Source of the DNA: Veleropilina oligotropha | Taxonomy: Eukaryota | DNA: 53,120 nt | Direction: 5' to 3' | Assembly (NCBI GenBank): GCA_048128005.1 | Contig: JBEUKZ010000023.1 | Location: 434,001 to 487,120 of the forward strand | Part shown: piece after piece, positions 1 through 11,929 of the stretch | Numbering within the stretch: the stretch's first letter is position 1 | Layout of the letters: the number at the start of each line of letters is the position of its first letter | Made by a program: the position numbers and the translations under genes | The notes under the pieces: model-generated | Told to the model about the DNA's origin: nothing | Database searches by the model: none | What the model saw: only the letters and a program-made list of their open reading frames with translations

Positions 1-1308
1 ATTGTTAACGTAGACTACAGAACCCCCTGACGGCTTCATCTTGTAGCCCGATGGTGCTATGGCAACAGATGGCGCATAGTAGGTAGAGCGATCATCTTCC
101 AGATAGATTCCCTCTAAGCCAAGAGAGACAAGTTGTCGAACTTTGGGCAGGAACATGGCGAAGAGAATCAACGTGGCGACTAAGAAGAGCCCAAAGGCCA
201 TGGCTGCATCCCCATACTCTTCCGCGAAGGCATTGTCGCGGTTCAGACCACCGACGAGGCCCCAGGCGATCCAGAGCGGAATGCTAAATCCGGAGGAGAT
301 TCCGATGAAAATACTCTCTCGGTGATTGGTGGTGATACCATGCGCCGACATGGAAACGATCGTGGTTAGCAGGATGAGGAACATGATGTATATCAGCGAC
401 AGCAGGTGATTTTCGAAAGTGGAATAGGAGAAGTCGGACATCACGGTGTTGCCCGAGGCGGCCACCCATGTGTAGTGGCTGCATATCCACACCTGTTTCC
501 CCGCATGGTTGATGACCTGGACGGCCACCGGTGGGATGGTGAGCATCCATTGGATGCTTATCACCAGCTGGACCCCGACGGCCAGGAGGAACATCAGAAA
601 CTGGTAGATTCCACGGAGGTAGCGAGGCTGCTCTGTCTCTGCACCCATCATGCCGTCGTTGTTTCTGGAGTAGGAGGTAAGCAGGACCATCAGCTTGACG
701 AGTAGGACGGCGAAGCAGATGGCGTAGGACATCCCGACCCCAAAGCGCGTGATGCCACAGGTTGTGTTCGTCGGGATGAAAAGGTAGGCAAAAAGGGTGA
801 GGTAGCTGCAGAAGATGCCGAACAGAAGGAGCTGCCCAAGCCACATGGTACGAAGCTGTGTCGACATATCCCTACCCATCAGTCGAGAAATAATGTAAAT
901 CTCGAAGATGATAACTGCAAGAACACCCAAACCAGCCAGAACGCCCAGGGGGATGATCCATTTTTGGCCCTCGCTGTATCGTGTGATATCTACAGTTCTG
1001 TTCAGCGATGAAGACGTGTCCATTCGGGATGCAGCAGACATGGGCGTTCCTAAGGTTCCTGGAAGCGAAGCATCCGCAAGAATCTTGATAAAGGCGTACT
1101 TTCCACCTTCGGTTGGATCGTAGGGAGTTGTTTGAACAGCTGGTTGAGTGTTGGGGGAACCCACCGGTGGGGCTGTACTGGCAGCTTCGCCGCAGACAAG
1201 GCAGGGCGACTCGTAGCAACGTGATATCGGGAAATTCAGTTCGCTGGCCACTCCGAAAATTCGAAAATTGTTAACAAGATCCAAAGTATTGCCTCGGTAT
1301 GTACCAAC
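1..1308 (-). CDS. Gene A coding exon 2 (3'-truncated by window edge): end of VFT, 3-Cys linker, Pro/Thr/Ser stalk and class C 7TM domain
   Basis: Acceptor tatttgcag|GTT at 1310/1308; 436 open codons to position 1 (not in the ORF track): VGTYRGNTL...SRCYESPCLVC...WIIPLGVLAGLGVLAVIIFEIYII...TCGITRFGVGMSYAICFAVLLVKL...NHRESIFIG...AMFLPKVRQL. Seven hydrophobic segments, TM3 LLVK and TM7 FLPK are typical of class C GPCRs. Confidence 0.93.
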
Positions 1309-1656
1309 CTGCAAATAATATGTTGACAAATTTATTTGACCGTATGGAGAGTGAGATATAAAGATGAACAAATACTTGAATTATAGTAAAAATGTTAATG
1401 CTAGTGTATCATTCACACTGTACTTTTTACCATAAATTCTCAACCCTTATATTATATTAATAATAATTATTATAATAGTAGCATTTATGTAAAAACTTGC
1501 ATTCTGATGTACCAATAAATCAAAATTTGAACTTTGTTCAATGAACAGTCACAGCTGTCCAAAACTAGCGAAATAATATGAACTTGAAAGGTATTAAAAT
1601 GGCAAATTAAGCATCGATACCTATCGATCACTATCAGCGCTATGTATTATACTTGC

Positions 1657-3060
1657 ATCTTCATATCTTCCATTTTGAATGTTGTGTACAGCATACCGCC
1701 TCGAGTTCACGGCGAGTTTCCCATCGTCTTCAAAGACTCTGACACCTTCTTTTGTTAGACTGCTGCCTACCCATCTCCAAATATCGGGTCCCCGAACATT
1801 CGAGTTCATGAATGCGGAACACATCTCGTACTGGTTTTGGCACTCTTTCATTGCCGCTGCCTTGATGCCCGATATCATGGCTTGCGTCGCCATGATGGTG
1901 TAGGGTAGATACTCGTCCTGTTGAACGCGATTAACAAGAGACTGGGCAGATGGATCACAGTCATCTCGTCCTGGTAGGTTTCTGTCACTGCCGGCCAAAT
2001 TGCAATCGAATACATTTTCCCAAAATTCACCAAACCACGGATTATGAGAGGCATCCGCCGGCTTCATTTGCACAAAGTCTGAGAAAAACCTATCTGCCAA
2101 TATTGCGTACTGATTGAGCGGTTCCAGCGATACTGTTATGGCTCCGTTTACGGTCGCTACAGTGTCAGGTTCCAAAAATGTTCCTTTCTTGCCCCAGAGG
2201 GTCGTGGCCAAAAAGGTGAAGACGCCATTGGAGTTGTCTCTGGCTACCGCATTAAGAACGCGCTTTGTGGCCGCAGCTTTCGCTATGATGACAACAAATC
2301 TGGCGTCGCTGCGCTCTACCATTCGATCAACCAGAGCGTCGTGTTCCTGGTCGCCGGATGCCGGTAATCTTTCATCCAGGACGATGCAGATTCCGGCTTC
2401 GGAGGCGAATTTTCGAAACTGCTCCATCGACGCTTTTGCATGCTGATTGTCCTCATGCAATGCAATGACATACTTCCATTCTTTCGCAGCGAGTATGTCC
2501 ACGAGGATCTTTACGTCGAGGCCATCGTTCGGCACGGTTCTAGTGAAATAGGGAAACATATCGTCATCTTCAAGAATTTCACTTTTGGCCGCGGGGCTAA
2601 TCTGGGTTTTGTTAAGACCCTTGAGGTTTAATGCCGTGTCGATGGCGGCGTTGCTGTCTGTTGGGCCAATGTAACCAAGGACATCCGTGGGAGAGACATT
2701 AATGTCGGCAGCTTTGCAATATTCAAAACTCAAGACGCTCTCGACCGCTTTGCCGGCCCGAGAGCAGGTGTCAAAAGCGATACCACCAACTTTTATGTTC
2801 GCTTCGCTGTCCCTGTCCCTATTTAACGCCCAAAAGAATGCCTCCATGTTCATCATGGCGTTTACGTCCAACTCTCCGCATTTATAGCCGTTGGCTACCC
2901 ATTCATGAACGGGAAATAACCCCCCTAAGTAGAAATTATTGTCTCCCGTCGGTAGCTGAGCCACCCGTTCTGATGGCTGCGTTATTACGCATTGTTGACC
3001 TACTCCAGATCGCATAAGAGCAAACGCCACCAACACAGCCAAAAATATTGAAGAATTCAT
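1657..3060 (-). CDS. Gene A coding exon 1: signal peptide plus one Venus-flytrap (ANF-receptor/PBP1) domain of an orphan class C GPCR
   Basis: ATG at 3060 directly after acceptor ccttgcag; MNSSIFLAVLVAFALM signal peptide; motifs LGGLFPVH, FDTCS, YIGP, PYFTRTVPND, GICI, NPWFGEFWENVFDC. Ends GAT|GCAAGT (GC donor, phase 0), in frame with the exon at 1308. Confidence 0.92.
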
Positions 3061-3785
3061 CTGCAAGGATAGAAATCAAGATTATGAATAACATAAAAAA
3101 AAATTCCTTGGAAATAGAATATAACTTATATGATATATGCGGCGCAATTGTACTATTTACTCCAATTTCAGATATATCAAGAAATCGAATTCTTGTAATC
3201 TGAAACTGGAATCAATAGTACAATGTCGCTTTTTAATGATAGCCCATAAAACGCAATTTGATTGGTAATATAGCACTCACCCAAGATGCTTCCTGACGAT
3301 ACTAGTTTTGACACCAAGGCGGTGGTTTTGAAGTTTATAAAAGGTTTTAACACCTAATTTTATCGATATTTTGTTTATTTTATTTGCACGCCAAAATTTA
3401 ATTTGTGAGGATTGGTACTCTAATCCACGAAATTCAAAGTCACCAGGGGCTCGTTACATATGACATAATTATGTAAATGAAAAAATATCTTTTTGGTTTT
3501 ACATCCGATCTGCTAGTATTTAGCAAAAAGATAAATTCCACAAGCGAGAAAACATGCATTTGTACGATTTTTTTGTATATATGGTATTTCGAAAATCTAG
3601 CAGATATATATGCCTTGGGTGAATTTGACTTGCATATGCAATACACGTTCTTTTTGCAAGCAATAAACGCTGTCTCACGTGTTGTGGTATGGTGGCACTA
3701 ACAGTTCAACATATTAAACCGAGGTTCCCACTATAACACGACTGATTTGTTTTTAAAGAATGGTGGTAAAACTTGATGTACTATT

Positions 3786-4107
3786 CAGGGGCGGATTCAG
3801 GTTTTGCTAAAGAGGGGTCCATCTTTCATAAAAAAATATACTATCAACTGTTCGCGTGGGGGCCCCACGCGAAAGAAAATTTTGACAATCAACAGCCTGA
3901 AACCTCCTCTCCTGCACTATGACGGGGCATAAGCGAGATTTCTTACCAACATTTATGAACCATTTTCATTAAAATGTATGGGTATTTTAATTTTTGTCAC
4001 AATCTAACACATTGAATTTTTTAATGGCCAAGGCAAAAGGGCACTTGGTCCGTCAGGGGGGGGGGGGGGGTACGACCCCCATGGACTCCCCCCTGGATCC
4101 GCCCCTG
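3786..4107. mobile_element. MITE, CAGGGGCGGATCCAG-type TIR family, copy 1
   Basis: TIRs caggggcggattcag / ctggatccgcccctg; internal sequence shared with 20499-20819, 21606-21932 and 48923-49345; flanks ctatt/ctttt (imperfect 5-bp TSD). Confidence 0.85.
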
Positions 4108-4134
4108 CTTTTGGTGCCACAGTACCATCGCACC

Positions 4135-4360
4135 AGTGCGCCGCGCAATGTAATGGATACGAACGTGGCTATCAAATCGCTCACTGGATTGCTCCGATTA
4201 TCAAAAGTGGTTGCAAATCATCGACAGGGCCTTTTGTTCAAATACATTCACAGTTACCGTTTCCCATACCTGTGGGGGGTGAGTGTTCCCGGACGACCGA
4301 GCTTTCCTTCTGCGATTACATGGACATGTCCTGACATAACATGGTCATTCAGCATCCACC
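4135..4360 (+). mobile_element. Degenerate tRNA-type SINE copy
   Basis: Matches the family core (ttcccggacgaccgagctttccttctgcgattacatggacatgtcctg) seen at 6896-7168. Confidence 0.6.
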
Positions 4361-5192
4361 CAGGCCAAATAATCATATCATCGCGTACGGTAGAGGGGGT
4401 GGTACTTCATCCATCGCACGCAAGGATGCAATGGAACTATCAGAAAACACCATACTTAGTACGCTACTTCAGCTCGTATATAAAGTCTTCTTGTAACTGA
4501 ATCTCATATCAGCTCTATTTCACTAGGAAATGTGACACGCTTTTGACAATGTCGTATTCAGACAAATACAATAACAGGGAAAATGTATGGCATATGTAAC
4601 CAGGAAGACCGTCTATTCATAATTGGTTTGCAATCAATTGAAACGAGCTGGTTTTTTTGGGCCGATATGTAACACTCAATAGAATATAATCAGGTGTTTA
4701 ATTATACTGTCCTACATATCTGGTAGAGCATCGAAAGAGCGGGCTCGTAGCTGTCGTGGTTTATTCTAGCGCTGAAAACTAATAGACGTTAAACCAAGAT
4801 TGACTAAAGATTCAACTAAAAATGATTGAAAAATTAACCGATTCAAATGAAATCAAAATTAATGAATTGTAATTAAAAAAAATGGATTTGCGGGTAATAT
4901 AGTTTAAAGTTCGCGCAAATGCATACTCTCTCCGGATAAAACCTATATGCGGTAATTATAGGCCAAAGTATTTTAATTTGAACCACTTAATTTTCACATT
5001 TTATATTATAAAATTTAATGATATCCAGTTCATACGGTGGCTGATTTGTGCCATCTCGTACTCTCGTAGTCTCGCCCCGCTAATTAGCGACTTTAAATCT
5101 CGTATTCTCGTACTCTCGGCCCGAGAACGCGCTAATTAGCGACTTTAATTCTCGTACTCTCGCCCCGCTAATTAGCGGGGCGAGAGTACGAG

Positions 5193-6055
5193 CAGTGGCG
5201 TAGCCAGCTGAAAATGATGTGCAAGCCAGAGGCGTCGGAGTGATTTTGCCATTGGGGAGGCCGGATTTTATGTTGGGGGGTGCGTCAGGGTCGAGCCACG
5301 TACGTGAGCGGCCGAAGGCCGCGAAGATTGAGCGGCCGTTGGCCGCGAATTTGTAGGGGGGTTTGGGGGCATGCTCCCCCAAGATTTTTTTAATTTAGAC
5401 GCTCTGAGAAGCGTTCTCCTGCATTCTAGGACAAAAATTGACATTTTTTTGGGCCTCAAAATTTCTAGTTTGGAGAGCAGAAAATTAAAAAATATATTTT
5501 CGTTTCTGGCAGAAATATTGGGGGGCGGGCGGCCGCCGCCGCAGCTCTGACGCCTCTGCAAGCCCGTTTGAAGAATTGAGCACCAGAGATGCGAACCCGG
5601 TAGGGGGTCTGGGGGCATGTCCCCCCCCCCAGAATTTTTAGAAACCTAGACATCAAATGGTGCACTCTGGCACCTTTTAAGGGAAATGTATACACTAACA
5701 AACACATAAGAAAAGTTCAGTTTTTCATACAATTTTATATAGTACTGTATATAACAAACACATAAGAAAAGTTCAGTTTTTCATACAATTTTATATAGTA
5801 TATACCCCCATGAAACAAACTGTAATTTACCGAGCGAGTATTAAATTAGCATCTAAATAACGCCTATTTCGGGGCGGTTTTTGTCTTTCTTTATGCAAGA
5901 ATAGCAATAATGCTGCAGAAGCACGAACAAAGTAGCATTAAAAAGTAGCAAAAATGCTTTACGCCAGAAAATCTTTAACAGCAAAAAAAAAAAAAAAAAC
6001 CCTGAAAATAATGTGCAAGCCCGGGCGTTGTGGCGTAAAGGCAGCTACGCCACTG
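5193..6055. mobile_element. Non-autonomous DNA transposon (outer element of a nested pair)
   Basis: TIRs cagtggcgtagc / gctacgccactg; exact 5-bp TSD acgag at 5188-5192 and 6056-6060. Confidence 0.9.
5227..5558. mobile_element. MITE nested inside 5193-6055
   Basis: TIRs cagaggcgtcggag / ctctgacgcctctg; exact 5-bp TSD caagc at 5222-5226 and 5559-5563. Confidence 0.9.
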
Positions 6056-6784
6056 ACGAGAGTACGAGAATTATAGTCGCTAATTAGCGGGGCGAGATTC
6101 TCGGGGCGAGAATTAAAGCCGCTAATTAGCGGGGCGAGAGTACGAGAATTAAAGTCGCTAATTAGCGCGTTCTCGGGCCGAGAGTACGAGAATACGAGAA
6201 TTAAAGTCGCTAATTAGCGCGTTCTCGGGCCGAGAGTACGAGAATACGAGAATTAAAGTCGCTAATTAGCGGGGCGAGAGTACGAGAGTACGATAATTAA
6301 GGCCGCTAATTAGCGGGGCGAGAATCTCGCCTCGCTAATTAGCGACTTTAATTCTCGTACTCTCGGGGCGAGAGTTTTGTTAAATAGCGTGTTCTCGGGC
6401 CGAGAGTACGAGAATACGAGATTTAAAGTCGCTAATTAGCGGGGCGAGTAAGTTCACCAGCCTTCTTTTCGATATCTGTGTTCGCTGCTATGCCATCCAA
6501 ACAGAGAACTTGACTGCATTGTTGCAGCTGTGGTCTCTTATGCTAACAACATAACATTGCATTCGCTGTTCTTGATTCATATGTCTTGATAACATCGAAG
6601 TCACTCGACGATTAGATCATATTTTTTTAGCAAAATGCCTTTACATGCCGATGCTTCGTCCAGTGTAGCTATAATAAACATGACAATACGAATGGGTTTC
6701 TGGGGGGTTTCCTCCCGCGAATGGCGTCGGTCTAGAATAGGTTACACATTGGTTCCAGTAACTATATTAACATGATAAATTGAA

Positions 6785-6888
6785 CTGCGTGTCATTTGGG
6801 GTAGTGTTCTCTGCGTGTCATTTGGGGTAGTGTTCTCTGCGTGTCATTTGGGGTAGTGTTCTCTGCGTGTCATTTGGGGTAGTGTTCT
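6785..6888. repeat. 26-bp tandem repeat x4
   Basis: ctgcgtgtcatttggggtagtgttct repeated four times exactly. Confidence 0.95.
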
Positions 6889-6895
6889 CTTTTAC

Positions 6896-7168
6896 GGGGC
6901 CGCTCCGGCAGTCGCGGGGTTTCGGTCGCAGACCCCGAAAATTACTGGCTTGATTTCGCTGACACGAACACTAGTGGGTTCGAATCTCGGTTGGGTCATG
7001 ACATTATTTGTTCAAGTTATGAATCACAGTTGTCCGTAACTGGTCGGAGAGGGTGGGTTTCCCCGGGCGACCAGGCTTTCCTCCCGCGATAATATGGACA
7101 TATCCTGATTTGAACCTGATGGTTGTAAATATACAGGATATTAAGCATCGACCTTTTCCTTTTTCTTT
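6896..7168 (+). mobile_element. tRNA-type SINE, near full length
   Basis: B-box-like gggttcgaatc, core gggtttccccgggcgaccaggctttcctccc (resembles the V/Meta-SINE central domains), tail ttaagcatcgaccttttccttt; many copies in the window. Confidence 0.8.
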
Positions 7169-8008
7169 TACAGGCTATAGGCCTACTGAAAACGATTGAA
7201 TGTAAATAAAGGCCTATATATATTTACCAAATTTGAATGCAGCATTTCAGCTTTATCAATGATAGGCTACAGTTGCCGCTGCCTTGATGCCCGATATCAT
7301 GCGGCTTGTTAATGTATATTAAATACTAAAATGGAGTATACAATTTTACTATACTAGTATACTTTTATGGGCTATGGTATATCAGATTAGAAGATTGACA
7401 TGTGCAAACTATCATGTCTTTGCTTGGAGCTATTTGCTGTCATATCTTGTTAATCTGGAACCATTAACAAATGGGACCTAATTGTCGTGTGCTTATCAAG
7501 CATAAGCCATCATCTTTCAGTGATGCGTACACATGCGGAAATATACATCTGCATGCAAGTTGTCAATTTCATATGATGTGAATATAAGCAATCGCAAATG
7601 AGGTAGGAAATGAATTGTGACAAGGCGTGTCACTATGACAAACAGCACCCATGCCATAACGGAGGCCTACTTGTCGACAGTCAAAGAGTCGTCATTTAAA
7701 CAATTAAGTAAAAAAACGTTTCGTTATAATATATTAACATTGAATACAGTATCGATTCATTGCGTAAACTTCTTCGAATAGCAAGAACTTACATAAACAC
7801 ACACACAAACATTCATGTAAAACACACGAAATTAGTAAGCTAACCTACCCATATTTCATAGATGTGTATTTAATGTTAAAATGTGCTAATACATAGATTA
7901 ATATCGAGAAAATATTTTGTTAAAAAGCAAACATTGTTTTCCGAAATCTTATAACTATAACGATATGCATTCATTGGGTGTCGGCAACTGATATCCGGTC
8001 GAGCTTGC

Positions 8009-8113
<105 letters not shown>

Positions 8114-8755
8114 GTGTTGTCCGAAATTTGGCAGCCATTATATATATGCATACATCGAAGTTGCTTGTAAAAGCTTGTCAAATATCAAAGCATATAACGC
8201 ATCGATACAAACTTAAATATTTATAATATTCAACAATAATTATGATGGGTAAAAATGGCATTTTTGAAAGCCTGAAGCAATATTTAAATGTATGTCATCG
8301 ATTTGGTTCATTTTATGTTCACCTTCCTCGTCCTAAAATTATTTTATACAGGAATTTTCTAGCACATAATGCATACTTACATTTTGTTATCGTTCACAGT
8401 TGCGCCGGTATGGATGTTTTCTTGATAGTCTTTAAGAAATCCCGATATAACAGCCCATCCCAATAGCTATTAGAATTGTAATGGAGAGTCCAAGTTTGGA
8501 CTAGCAAATCGCGAACAGAAGTCTACCCAACCCTCTCGCGCCTACTGGGGTAATCGCATAGCAATTGTTATTCTGAGTACACCTTTATTATTGGAATAAT
8601 CGGCATTGGACCATACCTGGGAGAACCGGTTTAGTGAGTTAAAAATAGCAACCATAGCGACCAGTGCAATCGAAAGCGAGGCATATCGACGTATTGTTCA
8701 ATCGACAAACCAGTTTTTGACGTTCAACGAAACATTTAGCATATAGGCCTATTAT

Positions 8756-9180
8756 TATGGAGCCGAATAGGTGCAAAAATTCTACATCCTACATTCTTTA
8801 TTCTACATCCATCATTCATCATGCTACATGGTAAAATACAAGGTGCAAAAATTCTACATCCTACATTCTTTATTCTACATCCTACATTCTTTATTCTACA
8901 TGCGAGTTCCAAGTTGTAGCTGCTAATATGCTTCTAACTGTAGAAATATTTATTCTATAACCGTTTTTATCATGTAGCATGATGAATGATGGATGTAGAA
9001 TAAAGAATATAGGATGTAGAATAAAGAATGTAGGATGTAGAATAAAGAATATAGGATGTAGAATAAAGAATGTAGGATGTAGAATTTTTGCACCTTGTAT
9101 TTTACCATGTAGCATGATGAATGATGGATGTAGAATAAAGAATGTAGGATGTAGAATTTTTGCACCTATTCGGCTCCATA
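8756..9180. mobile_element. Foldback MITE with long TIRs built from 21-bp subrepeats
   Basis: tatggagccgaataggtgcaaaaattctacatcc... is inverted at ...ggatgtagaatttttgcacctattcggctccata; internal unit ggatgtagaataaagaatgta. Confidence 0.85.
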
Positions 9181-9924
9181 TATTATAGCGTGGAATGTTT
9201 ATTTCCAAAGATAATTTTGGAAATTTGTATGATAGTACCGATGACACAGCTAGTATTATGTCAAGGTTATGTATGTGTTTTGTCATTTATTTTTTTAAAC
9301 GGTCAATTATTTGTATATTTACACAAATAAAAAACAATCACGTATTAAGATATGTAGGCCCTATATGGACCTAGGCCAACTAAATTGTATTTATATTTAG
9401 CAAAATTTAGACAAGGCTCCTGGGACGCCCATTTAAATCATTTGCTGTGGAAAAATTTGCTTTCAATTATGCTTTTTAATCATTGGCGATCTGACTGAGA
9501 GCATGTGAAAATAAAGTTGCATGTCGTGATTTGAAAATAAGATAAAACCGCACCATTTACGTGCCATATACGCCTATAAGTATAGTGCGGAAGACTATGC
9601 ATTTCATTTGATTACTAATAATTAATAATCAATTGAACTATACATATGCTGCCGAACTATTGGGAAATGTTGCCACTGTTGGGTGAATTTAATCAGGAAA
9701 ACATTTATTTAAAGTTGCATTGCCCATAAGTAGCGAAAAATGCTTTTAATTTTAAACCCTAGACCACCAATGTATTTTTGCTAATTACCCAAAGTTAGAC
9801 ATTTTGCAATTTTTCCCAAAAAATCAATAGAAGGGGTCTCTGGAGCGCCTACAAATTAAAAGCGAAAAAGTAAAACCGGGTCCGGTTTTAATATTGAGTG
9901 ACCACAGTCCCTGGACGATACGTC

Positions 9925-10288
9925 ACAAAAATAAAACAAGAACGACGCGTTCGAAATATGTCTTGACCTTTCTTTATTTCCCTCAAATTTTCATAACAGT
10001 GAATACAATGGCTAAGTGCAAGTACTTCATGGCTGAATTTACTACCCCGTCGAATGTGACGTCACCCAAATGACGATTAATCTAAAGCGACGTCATAATG
10101 ACGTCATTGCTATTTGCTTGCAATGTTAGACATCAGTTACATACGAATATGGATAAAAGTGTTCAATAAATGCATATTTTTGCAAAATTGTGTCGCGAAA
10201 GTTATATACACGACCTACAAATACTCTTGGGAATGTGTGTACCAATTTTGGTGAAAATTGAGCGGGTAGTTTTCAAATAAATCGACGG

Positions 10289-10295
<7 letters not shown>
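9925..10295 (+). repeat. Dispersed repeat, second copy at ~46570-47020
   Basis: Shared blocks aaacaagaacga.gcgttcg.aatatgtcttgac and cgaaagttatatacacgacctacaaatactc...taaatcgacggatatatata. Confidence 0.75.
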
Positions 10296-10348
<53 letters not shown>

Positions 10349-10465
10349 GTATATACACACGGACCATTTGATAATGTCTTGTCCTTTTTACAAAAAGGTC
10401 AAGACATAAAAAATGAGACGAAATCGCCAGGCATTCAATTGGTGGGGAGTATGCCTGGCGATTTA

Positions 10466-10653
10466 GGCCGGCTTTCCATATGCGCGGAAACGCGCACGTT
10501 TCAGCGCGCGATTTTATCGATATTGCATATTTATGAAGGACCTTTACCATGTACGCGGAAACGCGTACATGGAAATGGTCCTTCATAAATATGCAATATC
10601 GATAAAATCGCGCGCTGACATGCACGCGTTTCCGCGTACATGGAAAGCGAGCC
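10466..10653. mobile_element. Hairpin MITE, PIF/Harbinger (Tourist)-like
   Basis: Near-perfect ~190-bp palindrome, GGC...GCC termini, TTA on both flanks. Confidence 0.8.
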
Positions 10654-11189
10654 TTAGGCTATTTTTTTTTGGTGACGAATCGTATAGGGACTGTGGAGTG
10701 ACCTATACATTTCATCGAAAGAAATATCATCAAGTTGGCACTGTTGAAGTTGAACTTCATTGTGAAAAGTTGAGCGCAACATTATTACTGATCATAGGGT
10801 TCTCTTCTACACTTATAAGGTGGCGGGTGCGCCACCCTTTGAGCCTTCCTCGTTACCCTATGCCCCATCCCCGCCACCTTTCCACACTTTAAAAAAAATG
10901 ACCACCATTTCAGATGTTCACCCCATAGAAGCTTTATAATTAATATATATACAATATATATACTTATACATGCATACAAACATACATACATGCATAAATA
11001 CATACATACACACACGCACGCGCGCGCGAACATGCACAAGCGACCCCTCCGCGACATATTTCCCCCGCCTTATAATTTCAATCCGGGGAGAATCCCTGCC
11101 GGGGGTGATTTTCCTAAACTGAGTGTCATTGGCACTACTCAATTGGGGTATCACACCTTTTTGGAGTGCGATCAAAGTACCTGCACTGC

Positions 11190-11800
11190 TGTCATCCTCG
11201 CCAATGAGGATATGTTTTTATTCGTGTCTGTTTGTTCGTGCATTTGTATGTTTGTCTGTCTGTTAGCAGGATTATGCAAAATATTATGGACGGATGGGCC
11301 GTGGAACAAGGACCAATTTTTTAACATTTTGGTGATGATTCAGATCTGGACACAAATATTATGACGTCAATATCATGTGTTCGGTATGTTTCTCTATATA
11401 ATATTACGCAGGATTATGAAAAAAATAAAGACAGATTTTGGTGGATTTTGGACGGATTTTCCTTGGACTAAGGAAAATTCCCTAAAACTTTGTTTATAAT
11501 CCGGATCAGAATCAGGATGTTATGACGTCATAATAATGTTTTTGATCTGTTTCTGTATCTGTTAGCATGATTCATCAAAAAATGTATTTACAGATTTCGG
11601 TGAAATTTTGGAGGGATTATCCTTGTGTTAACGAACAATCCATTACATTATAGTGATGATAAGGATCGGAATCGTGATACTATGATGTCATAACCATATG
11701 TTTTAGTCTGTCCGATTTCGATAATACTGCGTGGAGAGTTTCCTTCGATCCAAGGCCGATACTATATGGATGCTATATGGCGTCATATCCGGATTATTTT
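11190..11800. mobile_element. Helentron/HINE-like non-autonomous element with degenerate ~155-bp internal repeats
   Basis: Terminal hairpin atcctcgccaatgaggat, tetranucleotide tract gtttgtctgtctgt, recurring acagattt.ggtg.attttgg...tatgacgtca units. Confidence 0.55.
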
Positions 11801-11929
11801 TTATGTTTCTGATCTAGCATTGGTGTTCGTTTTCGAGACTTCTACCCCCCACCCCCACCCCCACCCCACCTTCGTGTTAGTTATCTACTTCAGGATCATA
11901 TGATATGTGGCTGATATAGGTTCACTGTT

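Larger units (their letters stand above)
5055..6448. repeat. Array of ~35-bp units with palindromic core CGCTAATTAGCG in both orientations (foldback-like), interrupted by nested MITEs
   Basis: Repeated aattaaagtcgctaattagcggggcgagagtacgag at 5055-5192 and 6056-6448; the left block is the reverse complement of ~6385-6448. Confidence 0.85.

Noticed and set aside
143..1219. ORFs 284-844, 872-1219 and + strand ORFs as genes
   Set aside because: They are alternative or antisense frames of the real 7TM exon 1308-1.
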